From positions 1 to 13,740 of IMG/VR virus record IMGVR_UViG_2695420746_000009: a stretch of 13,740 nucleotides of DNA. One strand, written 5' to 3'. Below, in pieces: positions 1 through 6,362 of this stretch. The DNA comes from a virus. Its lineage: Duplodnaviria > Heunggongvirae > Uroviricota > Caudoviricetes. Positions within the stretch are counted from its first letter, which is position 1. Every line of letters begins with the position of its first letter. Made by a program: the position numbers and the translations under genes. The notes beneath the pieces were generated by a model. It saw nothing but the letters and a program-made list of their open reading frames with translations. It was not told where the DNA came from and searched no databases.

Positions 1-84
1 ATCACGGTAATGATTAACAGCCCATGACAGGCAGACGATGATGCAGATAATCAGAGCGGAGATAATCGCGGTTAACCTGCTCAT
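1..84 (-). CDS. Rz: i-spanin Rz, N-terminal 28 codons only (gene runs off the window start)
   Basis: Reverse strand from 84 reads [28 protein letters not shown], near-identical to my recollection of the lambda Rz N-terminus (single TM anchor). Its ATG overlaps the endolysin stop (ATGA). Confidence 0.85.
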   Translation of the reverse strand, partial: MSRLTAIISALIICIIVCLSWAVNHYRD

Positions 85-581
85 TGCTGCCCCCACAAAC
101 AGACTTCACGCTCAATATCACGACGGGTCATCAGCCCTTTCCATTGCTTACCGCCAGCGTATGTCCAGCGACGTAGCTGGTCACATGCGCCTTTGATATA
201 GCCCTGGTTTATTTTGCGAAGAAGCGTCGATGTTCTGAAATTGCCAGCACCCACGTTGTAGACGAACGAGTAAAGAGCGCCGCGCGTTGTTTCCGGTATA
301 TCGACTTTGATGTACGGGTTAATTTGTCTGGCGACCGTGGCAAGGTCTTTATTCAGGAGGGCTTTGCATTCTGCTTCGGTATACGTTTTACCTAGCATGA
401 TGTCTTTTCCAGTGTGTCCGTAACATACAGTCCATACGCCAACAATATCTTTGTATGGTATGTAACTGACACCTTCCAGACCATCGTTACCACTTGGGCC
501 AGTGATGAGCATAGACGCTATGGCAATAGCCCCGCCACCAATAGCAGCTGTGACAGCTTTGCGTAATGATGACTGCATCAT
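81..581 (-). CDS. SAR endolysin (phage lysozyme, GH24, P21 R-like)
   Basis: 166 aa. N-terminal Gly/Ala-rich weakly hydrophobic segment [20 protein letters not shown] typical of a signal-anchor-release domain, followed by a T4-lysozyme-like catalytic region ([24 protein letters not shown]). Near-identical to my recollection of P21 R. Tandem ATG ATG start overlaps the holin stop. Confidence 0.9.
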   Translation of the reverse strand: MMQSSLRKAVTAAIGGGAIAIASMLITGPSGNDGLEGVSYIPYKDIVGVWTVCYGHTGKDIMLGKTYTEAECKALLNKDLATVARQINPYIKVDIPETTRGALYSFVYNVGAGNFRTSTLLRKINQGYIKGACDQLRRWTYAGGKQWKGLMTRRDIEREVCLWGQQ

Positions 582-850
582 ATTTCCTTCGGTGCTCTCT
601 TCCCCAGCTCTCCAATAACCATCGCTGTAGCAGAAAGATTATTGGTATTAGTTTTATCCAATATGTCCTGCAATATCTTCGTGCGCTTCATCTGCTCGCG
701 TTTATTGAGCCGGTATGTAAGCACACCGAGGATAATGCTGAACGCGACACCGATAATGAAGCCCCAATCCTGCAATGACAGGCTGGCAAAGAACGCAGCA
801 AGACCAGCGCTACCATAAGATGCACTGCTGTATCGTTCATCCATCTTCAT
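578..850 (-). CDS. class II holin / pinholin with dual-start motif (holin and antiholin)
   Basis: 90 aa with two hydrophobic segments ([11 protein letters not shown] and [18 protein letters not shown]) and a charged C-terminus. Starts Met-Lys-Met (ATG AAG ATG), the classic dual-start arrangement. SD GAGGT lies 7 nt upstream. Sits immediately upstream of, and overlapping, the SAR endolysin. Confidence 0.75.
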   Translation of the reverse strand: MKMDERYSSASYGSAGLAAFFASLSLQDWGFIIGVAFSIILGVLTYRLNKREQMKRTKILQDILDKTNTNNLSATAMVIGELGKRAPKEI

Positions 851-945
851 ATCTCTTACCTCGCAATAGTTGCTGAGGTTTCGGCTTGGAAACTATATGG
901 CGAAAATAACCCCTACCAAAAACGGCAGGGGAATATATTCTCCAG

Positions 946-2022
946 TTACTCAAATAACTTTTTCACTTCATCAACTGTCTGAAGATAACGTTCGCTCTCA
1001 ATCTCAATACCTATTGCCTGACGTCCTAACTTCAGCGCAGCTTTAATAGTTGAGCCTGATCCCATAAAGAAATCGGCAACGATATCTCCGGGGCGTGAAC
1101 TACTCTTTATAATATGTTCCATCATCGCTGCAGGTTTTTCACATGGGTGCTTGCCAGGATAATATTGCACAGGAGGAAACTCCCATACATCGGTATAAGG
1201 TACATCAGCAGTAACATGAAATGGACGGCGTAAATTTTCATACTGAGTCTTCAAATCATCATACTGCTTCTTTACTTCCTCATAATGCAATTTCAGATCG
1301 CTATAACGCTTTTCATGTTCTGAATAATCAACATTAAAAGGATATGGACACGGGACACCGAGTGAATCTGCCTTCCTGCGAAATAATTCGCATAGTTTAT
1401 TAAAATCAATTAATGATGGAAGCCGCCACTGCGAATAAGAAAACCAGTGTGAACACATCTGCTTTCCTGTCGCTGAATTAATGTCTGCGGCTGATATATC
1501 TAACTGACGGCGAGCCAGCGAAAAAGCATCAATTAGTGGAGAAAATATATTTTTTCTTAAATCTGCACATTTTGAAGCATAACCTGACTGACCTTTAGCA
1601 TAACCTGACGCGCCGTAATGCTCTGCAAATAATATTCTTTCAGTAGCAGGAAAATAAGCCCTTAAACTTTCTTTATGACAACCGCGCCACATACCACTGG
1701 GTTTAGCCCAAATGATATGGTTCAGAACATTGAAACGGTCGCGAGTTAATAATTCAATTTTTGACGCAAGGCGAGAGCCGGTAAACATATACAGGCTGCC
1801 ATTAGGGGCCAATATCCGCCAAAATTCTGCCAAAAATTCGTCAATCCACCCCAAAAAGTCAGCATCGCTATCCCACTGGTTATCCCATGCGTTAGCCTTT
1901 ACGCCGAAGTATGGTGGGTCTGTTGCAATCAAATTGACCGAGTTATCAGGGATGGTTTTGATAAATTGCAGAGAATCTGCGCAAACGAGTTGTGCGCCAT
2001 GAATATTAGTGGTTTTGAACAT
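946..2022 (-). CDS. DNA N6-adenine methyltransferase, beta class (orphan, phage late-region moron)
   Basis: Motif IV DPPY near the N-terminus (LIATDPPYFG) and motif I FxGxG near the C-terminus (DFFMGSGST), i.e. the beta-class order. A coiled-coil-like insert (KRYSDLKLHYEEVKKQYDDLKTQYENLRR) lies in the presumed target-recognition region. Start chosen at the ATG giving MFKTTNIHG; the ORF track extends to 2067. Neither start has a clear SD. Confidence 0.85.
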   Translation of the reverse strand: MFKTTNIHGAQLVCADSLQFIKTIPDNSVNLIATDPPYFGVKANAWDNQWDSDADFLGWIDEFLAEFWRILAPNGSLYMFTGSRLASKIELLTRDRFNVLNHIIWAKPSGMWRGCHKESLRAYFPATERILFAEHYGASGYAKGQSGYASKCADLRKNIFSPLIDAFSLARRQLDISAADINSATGKQMCSHWFSYSQWRLPSLIDFNKLCELFRRKADSLGVPCPYPFNVDYSEHEKRYSDLKLHYEEVKKQYDDLKTQYENLRRPFHVTADVPYTDVWEFPPVQYYPGKHPCEKPAAMMEHIIKSSSRPGDIVADFFMGSGSTIKAALKLGRQAIGIEIESERYLQTVDEVKKLFE

Positions 2023-2157
2023 AGCTATTATTTTTTTGCCTGGGTAAGCTAACCCAGCGATGCGCATCGCGGGTGGGCTTTAGGTTCAGCCTATAGCTCT
2101 GGCATGGGTTGACCGCAGGACAAGCTGCAACTTGTCCTGCGCCCACTTTTCAGGCAC

Positions 2158-2179
2158 AAAAAAACCGCCATAAAGGCGG
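2158..2179 (-). terminator. Intrinsic terminator for leftward transcription (GC hairpin plus U7)
   Basis: Plus strand CCGCC-ATAAA-GGCGG (2165-2179) preceded by a run of 7 A (2158-2164). On the minus strand this is a 5-bp all-GC stem followed by UUUUUUU. Confidence 0.6.
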
Positions 2180-2218
2180 CTTGTTGGCTATTGGGTACAA
2201 AAAACCCAACTTAACAAA

Positions 2219-2247
2219 ACAATAACTAAAAACCGTCATTTTGCCAA
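2219..2247 (-). promoter_or_regulatory. Candidate sigma70 promoter firing leftward into the terminator and late genes (pR'-like by position)
   Basis: Minus-strand TTGGCA (rc of 2242-2247), 17-nt spacer, TATTGT (rc of 2219-2224). The terminator lies about 30-55 nt downstream. No other promoter-like sequence is visible before the methyltransferase start. Confidence 0.35.
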
Positions 2248-2264
2248 GCTTTTTCGTTTTTGTG

Positions 2265-2286
2265 CTGTGCGACCATGGTCGCACAG
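2265..2286. repeat. Perfect 22-bp palindrome CTGTGCGACCATGGTCGCACAG; copy 1 of dispersed TGCGACC-NN-GGTCGCA motif (candidate centromere-like site)
   Basis: Read directly. Intergenic, about 20 bp upstream of the candidate late promoter -35. Same core as the copies at 6573-6590 and 9017-9034. Confidence 0.5.
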
Positions 2287-2289
2287 TTT

Positions 2290-2517
2290 TTAGAAAGTTG
2301 CCTGCTTATATTCATCGGTCAAAGAATATCGACCAGACCCACTACGCTTTGCAACCCCAAAACAGATCATCTGTTCGATGATAAATTCAACGGCAGCCTG
2401 ACTCAAAAAACAGGCTTCGCTTAACTCTTTCAAGGAAATGCGTGGATATCCACGCATAACACATTCCACACTCAGGGCCGCTTCGGTCATATTTCCACGA
2501 ATTTCATTAATATTCAT
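2290..2517 (-). CDS. Hypothetical small protein with probable winged-helix/HTH segment
   Basis: 75 aa. SD GAGAGG 4-5 nt upstream of the ATG. Helix-turn-helix-like stretch ISLKELSEACFLSQAAVEFIIEQM followed by a Gly-rich wing-like segment. Second gene of a two-gene minus-strand operon, ending at the terminator. Confidence 0.55.
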   Translation of the reverse strand: MNINEIRGNMTEAALSVECVMRGYPRISLKELSEACFLSQAAVEFIIEQMICFGVAKRSGSGRYSLTDEYKQATF

Positions 2518-2530
2518 AACGCCTCTCTAA

Positions 2531-2752
2531 TCAATCTTGAAACTGGAAATCAACATCAGCCATAAAGCGGTTCAACTCAGCCAGTTTTGGCCCCATAGTC
2601 CCAATTAAGCGGCCAGCCAGTCGGTCTGTCAGGTTGGTACTGTTGAAACCATATTCCTTTTCGAAACGTTCAACCTTCTGCCACAACTCATACAATTCGT
2701 TAGCTATCTCCGCAACGTCGCCGCGCATTTTTTCGTTACCTTGATAATTCAT
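2531..2752 (-). CDS. Hypothetical small acidic protein
   Basis: 73 aa from the internal ATG (MNYQGNEK...), which has SD GAGGA 4 nt upstream. The ORF-track start at 2770 has no usable SD. Gap of 13 nt to the downstream HTH gene. Confidence 0.5.
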   Translation of the reverse strand: MNYQGNEKMRGDVAEIANELYELWQKVERFEKEYGFNSTNLTDRLAGRLIGTMGPKLAELNRFMADVDFQFQD

Positions 2753-2839
2753 AATATCCTCGAAATTCATATAGTTAGTGGGTTATCCCCCTCAACAACA
2801 CGAACTGTAACTCTGCCAAAAGAACACATCCAGTGTTAT

Positions 2840-2857
2840 TTTCACTTTTTAGTGAAA
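2840..2857. promoter_or_regulatory. Inverted repeat TTTCAC-N6-GTGAAA in the divergent promoter region (candidate operator for TA autoregulation)
   Basis: Read directly, about 60 bp upstream of the toxin start, between two divergent transcription units. Confidence 0.4.
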
Positions 2858-2915
2858 TTTTATATTTGCTTTGTTTTCTCGTTTTGGTGTATTTTGCGCG
2901 TTAGGAGGCTATAAT

Positions 2916-3227
2916 ATGTTTAACGTGATAACCCACCCTGCAGCACTGGATGAACTGCTTGAACTACCAGACGATCTGCGAGGTCGCATGACCAGGCTAA
3001 TTGAACGACTGGAGAAAGAGGGAAACAAACTTAAGATGCCCCATAGCCGTGTAATAGGCGGAGGACTCTTTGAACTAAGAGTAGGGGATAAAAACATCGC
3101 AAGAACGCTATACGCCTACGCGACTGGTAACGAAATTTATCTATTGCATGCATTTGTAAAAAAGACACAGAAAACACCAGTAAAGGCTATAGAAATCGCC
3201 AGAACTCGCCTGAAGGAGATGAACTGA
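2916..3227 (+). CDS. Type II toxin, RelE/ParE superfamily, HigB/Gp49-like (addiction module killer protein)
   Basis: 103 aa from the ATG with SD AGGAGG 7 nt upstream. Family-typical motifs LFELR, LLHAF and KKTQKTP. Stop overlaps the start of the downstream HTH gene by 1 nt. The ORF-track start at 2871 is over-extended. Confidence 0.8.
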   Translation: MFNVITHPAALDELLELPDDLRGRMTRLIERLEKEGNKLKMPHSRVIGGGLFELRVGDKNIARTLYAYATGNEIYLLHAFVKKTQKTPVKAIEIARTRLKEMN

Positions 3228-3514
3228 TGAAAGCAAAAGGCATCCCGTTTAACGAAGTAAAGGAAAAACTACTCAACACTCCAGAAGCTATCAAAGGATA
3301 TGAAGAGGCCGATAAAGAACTGGAGATGGTCGAAATGTTATACGAAATGAGGGAAAGAGCAGGTTTAACGAAGTCAGCTCTGGCAGAACGAATGGGATTG
3401 CGCCCGTCCGCCATCAGCCGCCTGGAAAGCAATCCTTTAGGGGCAAGCATGAAAACTTTATCAAAATATGCCCAAGCATGTGGCGCAACAATTAATATTA
3501 ATGCCGTCTATTGA
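3227..3514 (+). CDS. HTH (XRE-family) antitoxin, HigA-like antidote protein
   Basis: 95 aa. Classic HTH LTKSALAERMGLRPSAISRLE. Translationally coupled to the upstream toxin in toxin-first (HigBA-type) order. Confidence 0.8.
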   Translation: MKAKGIPFNEVKEKLLNTPEAIKGYEEADKELEMVEMLYEMRERAGLTKSALAERMGLRPSAISRLESNPLGASMKTLSKYAQACGATININAVY

Positions 3515-3531
3515 TTAATCACTTTTCACTA

Positions 3532-3551
3532 CCCCGTCCAGAAGGGCGGGG
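3532..3551. terminator. Hairpin between convergent genes (possible bidirectional terminator)
   Basis: CCCCGTCC-AGAA-GGGCGGGG, an 8-bp stem with one G-U pair. Lies between the antitoxin stop (3514) and the stop of the convergent ORF (3558). Flanking U-tracts are poor. Confidence 0.4.
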
Positions 3552-3557
3552 TGTGTA

Positions 3558-3776
3558 TCAATGATGTAAACACTCCACAGCAATCGCTTGTTGGCAATTC
3601 TGAGCAATCTCCCGCGACATACTAACAAGCCGTGAAATCTCGCCAAGATGCAAGCTAGCTTCGGGAGAAGCCAGAGCAACGCTAACCAGATCCAAAACGG
3701 CGTCGATGTCTTTTAGGTTTGATCCGAGTTCTTCAAGAGTTGATACAGATGCTTCAGTCATTGAATCTAATACCAT
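3558..3776 (-). CDS. Hypothetical small acidic protein; candidate LexA-regulated gene
   Basis: 72 aa, rich in D/E. No recognisable SD in front of the ATG. A consensus-like LexA box lies 23 nt upstream. Coding status uncertain. Confidence 0.4.
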   Translation of the reverse strand: MVLDSMTEASVSTLEELGSNLKDIDAVLDLVSVALASPEASLHLGEISRLVSMSREIAQNCQQAIAVECLHH

Positions 3777-3798
3777 TTAATTAAAAAAGGTTATTTGA

Positions 3799-3818
3799 TA
3801 CTGTATAAAATTACAGGG
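3799..3818. promoter_or_regulatory. Candidate LexA (SOS) box
   Basis: TACTGTATAAAATTACAGGG: CTGT-N8-ACAG with an AT-rich spacer, 16 of 20 matches to TACTGTATATATATACAGTA. Overlaps a possible -10 (TACAGT on the minus strand) for the 3558-3776 ORF. It is the only CTGT-N8-ACAG found in the intergenic regions inspected. Confidence 0.55.
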
Positions 3819-4017
3819 TAAAACTCAAATTTTATAGCCAACTTTCAATGGATTAACAGGGTTAATAGCTTTGTAGTCCGATACTTATGTTCTCTTCCTA
3901 CGCCTCACTCAACCACCTACAGAAGCCCATCATCACCATAAGAAAAACTCTTTTCGCTTCGTTTTCTCATCATTTCAAAAACTATGCCTTTTTGTTTATT
4001 TATCATTCCGTGACCAG

Positions 4018-4344
4018 TCACACTTTGAGCACAAGTTTCAGCCTCGTAGTTGTAAGGTGACATGAGCCTTCACCATCAAAAATACATTCTGAAACAGGCA
4101 TTTTCTGACCACATCGCGGGCAAGTAGTAGATAGCTGCTTCTGCAGCTCCTTATAGTTTTTCCTGATCAGCAGACCGATGACTTCATTCTCTGAATATGG
4201 AACTCGTCCCGGTCTACGCAATACACAAATTTCCCCCAACATACGTAGCTCGTCAGGTTCCAGAATCCAGTCCCGTCTTGATGTGCCTTCCTTCTTCAAC
4301 CGTTCCCTGCGTCTCCTTTGCCGTTCTGCAGCTGTCAGCGCCAT
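4018..4344 (-). CDS. Hypothetical protein with arginine-rich N-terminus and C-terminal Cys cluster
   Basis: 108 aa. SD AGGAGG 4 nt upstream. N-terminus AERQRRRRERLKK; Cys cluster CPRCG...C...C. Last gene of the minus-strand operon. Confidence 0.6.
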   Translation of the reverse strand: MALTAAERQRRRRERLKKEGTSRRDWILEPDELRMLGEICVLRRPGRVPYSENEVIGLLIRKNYKELQKQLSTTCPRCGQKMPVSECIFDGEGSCHLTTTRLKLVLKV

Positions 4345-4359
4345 AAATCCTCCTGAAAA

Positions 4360-5034
4360 TTACTTAACCCAATTAACTACACCGCCAGCGGCCACAACCG
4401 CTTTTTCACAGTCACGCTCATATCTCAAAGGTTGAAATACACCATCAATAAAATATTTATCTCCACCACATGCTGCAGGAAGTGAAACAGAAAACTGAAT
4501 ATGACCATCCGGAGTTACCGGAGAGTTGCCAGCCTCATACGCTACCCTTATCCAGTGCATAAGCATTTCTGTACTTACACATCCACAATCAACATCAATT
4601 TTGTCATGCTGCTGTTCCAGCCATTGCTCAAAAGTTAACTTGTAAGTTTGGCTTATAGGTTTGGCTTCCAGTTCTGCTATGTGATTTTTGGCTGATTCCA
4701 ACTCAATCGACAATTTTTCCAACTGCTCTTTATGCTTCTTGTATTCCTGATATGCGTGCCAAGACTGACCTTTGCGCACACTATCCGTGATATCAGTAAT
4801 CTGTTCTGGTGTTAGCGTGGTCAGTGGCTGTGCTGGGAAAATCAGCACTTTCCCGGAATCCCAATCAAAACCAGCGTGAATTGACTGAACCTCAACTGAA
4901 GGTGTTGAACCAATGCTGCCAGGCGAATGAACAACGATCGTTACATCCATATCGCGACGATCGCTGTGGTTGTTGGACAAAATACGATTCAACAAAATAC
5001 GATTCACCAACTCAGAAAATTTAGAAAATTTCAT
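4360..5034 (-). CDS. Hypothetical protein with central coiled-coil
   Basis: 224 aa. ATG overlaps the upstream gene stop (ATGA). Coiled-coil-like region KKHKEQLEKLSIELESAKNHIAELEAK. Contains an in-frame 15-bp tandem duplication near the 5' end. Confidence 0.65.
   Translation of the reverse strand: MKFSKFSELVNRILLNRILSNNHSDRRDMDVTIVVHSPGSIGSTPSVEVQSIHAGFDWDSGKVLIFPAQPLTTLTPEQITDITDSVRKGQSWHAYQEYKKHKEQLEKLSIELESAKNHIAELEAKPISQTYKLTFEQWLEQQHDKIDVDCGCVSTEMLMHWIRVAYEAGNSPVTPDGHIQFSVSLPAACGGDKYFIDGVFQPLRYERDCEKAVVAAGGVVNWVK
4977..5006. repeat. Perfect tandem duplication of 15 bp (ACAAAATACGATTCA x2), in frame inside CDS 4360-5034
   Basis: Read directly. Encodes the repeated NRIL(L/S) unit in the N-terminus. 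Confidence 0.8.
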
Positions 5035-5321
5035 GCTGATTCACCTTTCTCTGCTCTCTCCTGTCGGAACATCACTATCATCAGGTCGCCTTTTGTCGCT
5101 ATCTTGGCTGTTGTGCCTGGCTCAATGCGGCTAAGTTCAAATGCGTCATAGAACGCCTCCAACGCTTTCTGGCGTTTTTCCTGTTTGCGGCGCTTTCCCC
5201 ACTGCTTTAGAAAAACAGAGGCCGCCCACTTCCCCGCACTGAACATGATGTAAAACCAACCGAGAAGTGCCAGACCGGTATTTAGGGCCGTATCGATCGT
5301 TATCGTGGTGTCGATATTCAC
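5031..5321 (-). CDS. Small membrane protein (one predicted TM segment), GTG start
   Basis: 96 aa from GTG at 5321, which is preceded by SD AGGAGG at 7-nt spacing and overlaps the upstream stop (TAGTG). TM-like segment GLALLGWFYIMFSAGKWAASVFL followed by a basic stretch. The ORF-track start at 5399 would overlap the upstream gene by 79 nt. Confidence 0.55.
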   Translation of the reverse strand: MNIDTTITIDTALNTGLALLGWFYIMFSAGKWAASVFLKQWGKRRKQEKRQKALEAFYDAFELSRIEPGTTAKIATKGDLMIVMFRQERAEKGESA

Positions 5322-5740
5322 TACGCCACCTCCTGAAAATTTCCCTGATAAAACGCCAACACACGCTGCATAACTTCGCTCTTCCGACAATCGTGACAAA
5401 TCATGTTCAAGCGCCTGTCGTAACGACGTATTTCTCCATCAGGTAATGACCAGATAAGGTCAGGATCAACAACTACCGATTTCTTCGGCTTTACTCTTGA
5501 TAGCTTTTTGCGGGCGTTTTGCCAGTCCTTGCGCGCTTGTGCAGACAGAAATATCCCGGAGCCAGAGATATACAAATCACCACTGGTGGCAAGCTCTCTG
5601 GATAAACGATTAACAGCACATCGGCTAATACTAATTTCATCTGCCAGTTGCCTAACCGTTCCTCGCCCATTCAGGCGCACGAGTTCCACAATTTGTTTCT
5701 TCAGTTCTTCACGCTGTTCTGGTGTAAAAACTTTTGCCAT
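5321..5740 (-). CDS. HTH-containing DNA-binding protein, function unknown
   Basis: 139 aa. SD GGAGA 6 nt upstream. ATG overlaps the exonuclease stop (TAATG). HTH-like stretch VRQLADEISISRCAVNRLSREL. Confidence 0.7.
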   Translation of the reverse strand: MAKVFTPEQREELKKQIVELVRLNGRGTVRQLADEISISRCAVNRLSRELATSGDLYISGSGIFLSAQARKDWQNARKKLSRVKPKKSVVVDPDLIWSLPDGEIRRYDRRLNMICHDCRKSEVMQRVLAFYQGNFQEVA

Positions 5741-6339
5741 TACGATTCTCCTTTCCCTTTTATGAGACGGGAGAAAATTGCGGATACATACTTAGCCTGA
5801 TGAATAGCATCAGCTAGGGCATGGTGTCGTTCGCCATCAAATGGCATATCTTTTTTAGAATTGAAACCAATAAACTGACCAAGATTAACGATTGTTCGAA
5901 CATCCTGATCATTAAAATATTCCCACGGACAGGCTAAGCCAACGCGCTCATAAGCACCGCGTAAAATTACATTGTCGAATGTTGCTCCATTTCCCCATAC
6001 TTTCAATTTTTTTAAATTACATGCATGGCAAGTAATAAAGTGTGATAATTCAAAAAGTGCATCCTTAATATCAAGGGCATCATTAGTACAAATTGCGGCT
6101 CTGGCTTCCTTGCTCTGTTTCAACCACCATAAAATGGTATCACCATCGGCGACACCACCATTCAACATCGAGCTTCTGAGATTCACTGGCACATAAAAAG
6201 TAGGACCTAATTCCTCACTTTCTGGAGAAAAAAACACTGCCCCGATAGAAACAATTGGAGCACATGTGTTAGTACCCATTGTTTCAAGGTCAATCATTAC
6301 ATCAGACCGTTTCCTGTCGTAAATAATCTGATTAGTCAC
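5740..6339 (-). CDS. DEDDh-family 3'-5' exonuclease (DnaQ-like fold)
   Basis: 199 aa. Exo I motif MIDLETMG (D-x-E), Exo II GNGATFDNVIL, Exo III HHALADAIHQAKY (H-x4-D with Tyr). GTG start with SD GAGGAG 8 nt upstream. Confidence 0.75.
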   Translation of the reverse strand: MTNQIIYDRKRSDVMIDLETMGTNTCAPIVSIGAVFFSPESEELGPTFYVPVNLRSSMLNGGVADGDTILWWLKQSKEARAAICTNDALDIKDALFELSHFITCHACNLKKLKVWGNGATFDNVILRGAYERVGLACPWEYFNDQDVRTIVNLGQFIGFNSKKDMPFDGERHHALADAIHQAKYVSAIFSRLIKGKGES

Positions 6340-6362
6340 GAATAATTCTCCTCAACGTTTAT

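Noticed and set aside
2871-2915. Upstream extension of the toxin ORF (MFSRFGVFCALGGYN...)
   Set aside because: The extension would cover the SD AGGAGG and promoter region. The internal ATG at 2916 has an ideal SD and gives the family-typical protein length.
3828-3843. Third operator-like sequence TTTATAGCCAAC near the LexA box
   Set aside because: Only the left half matches the 7750-7789 operators; the right half does not. It is too weak to call a repressor site without binding data.
4010-4021. Short inverted repeat GTGAC-CA-GTCAC at the stop codon of gene 4018-4344
   Set aside because: Too short, with a 2-nt loop and no U-tract; not convincing as a terminator or binding site.
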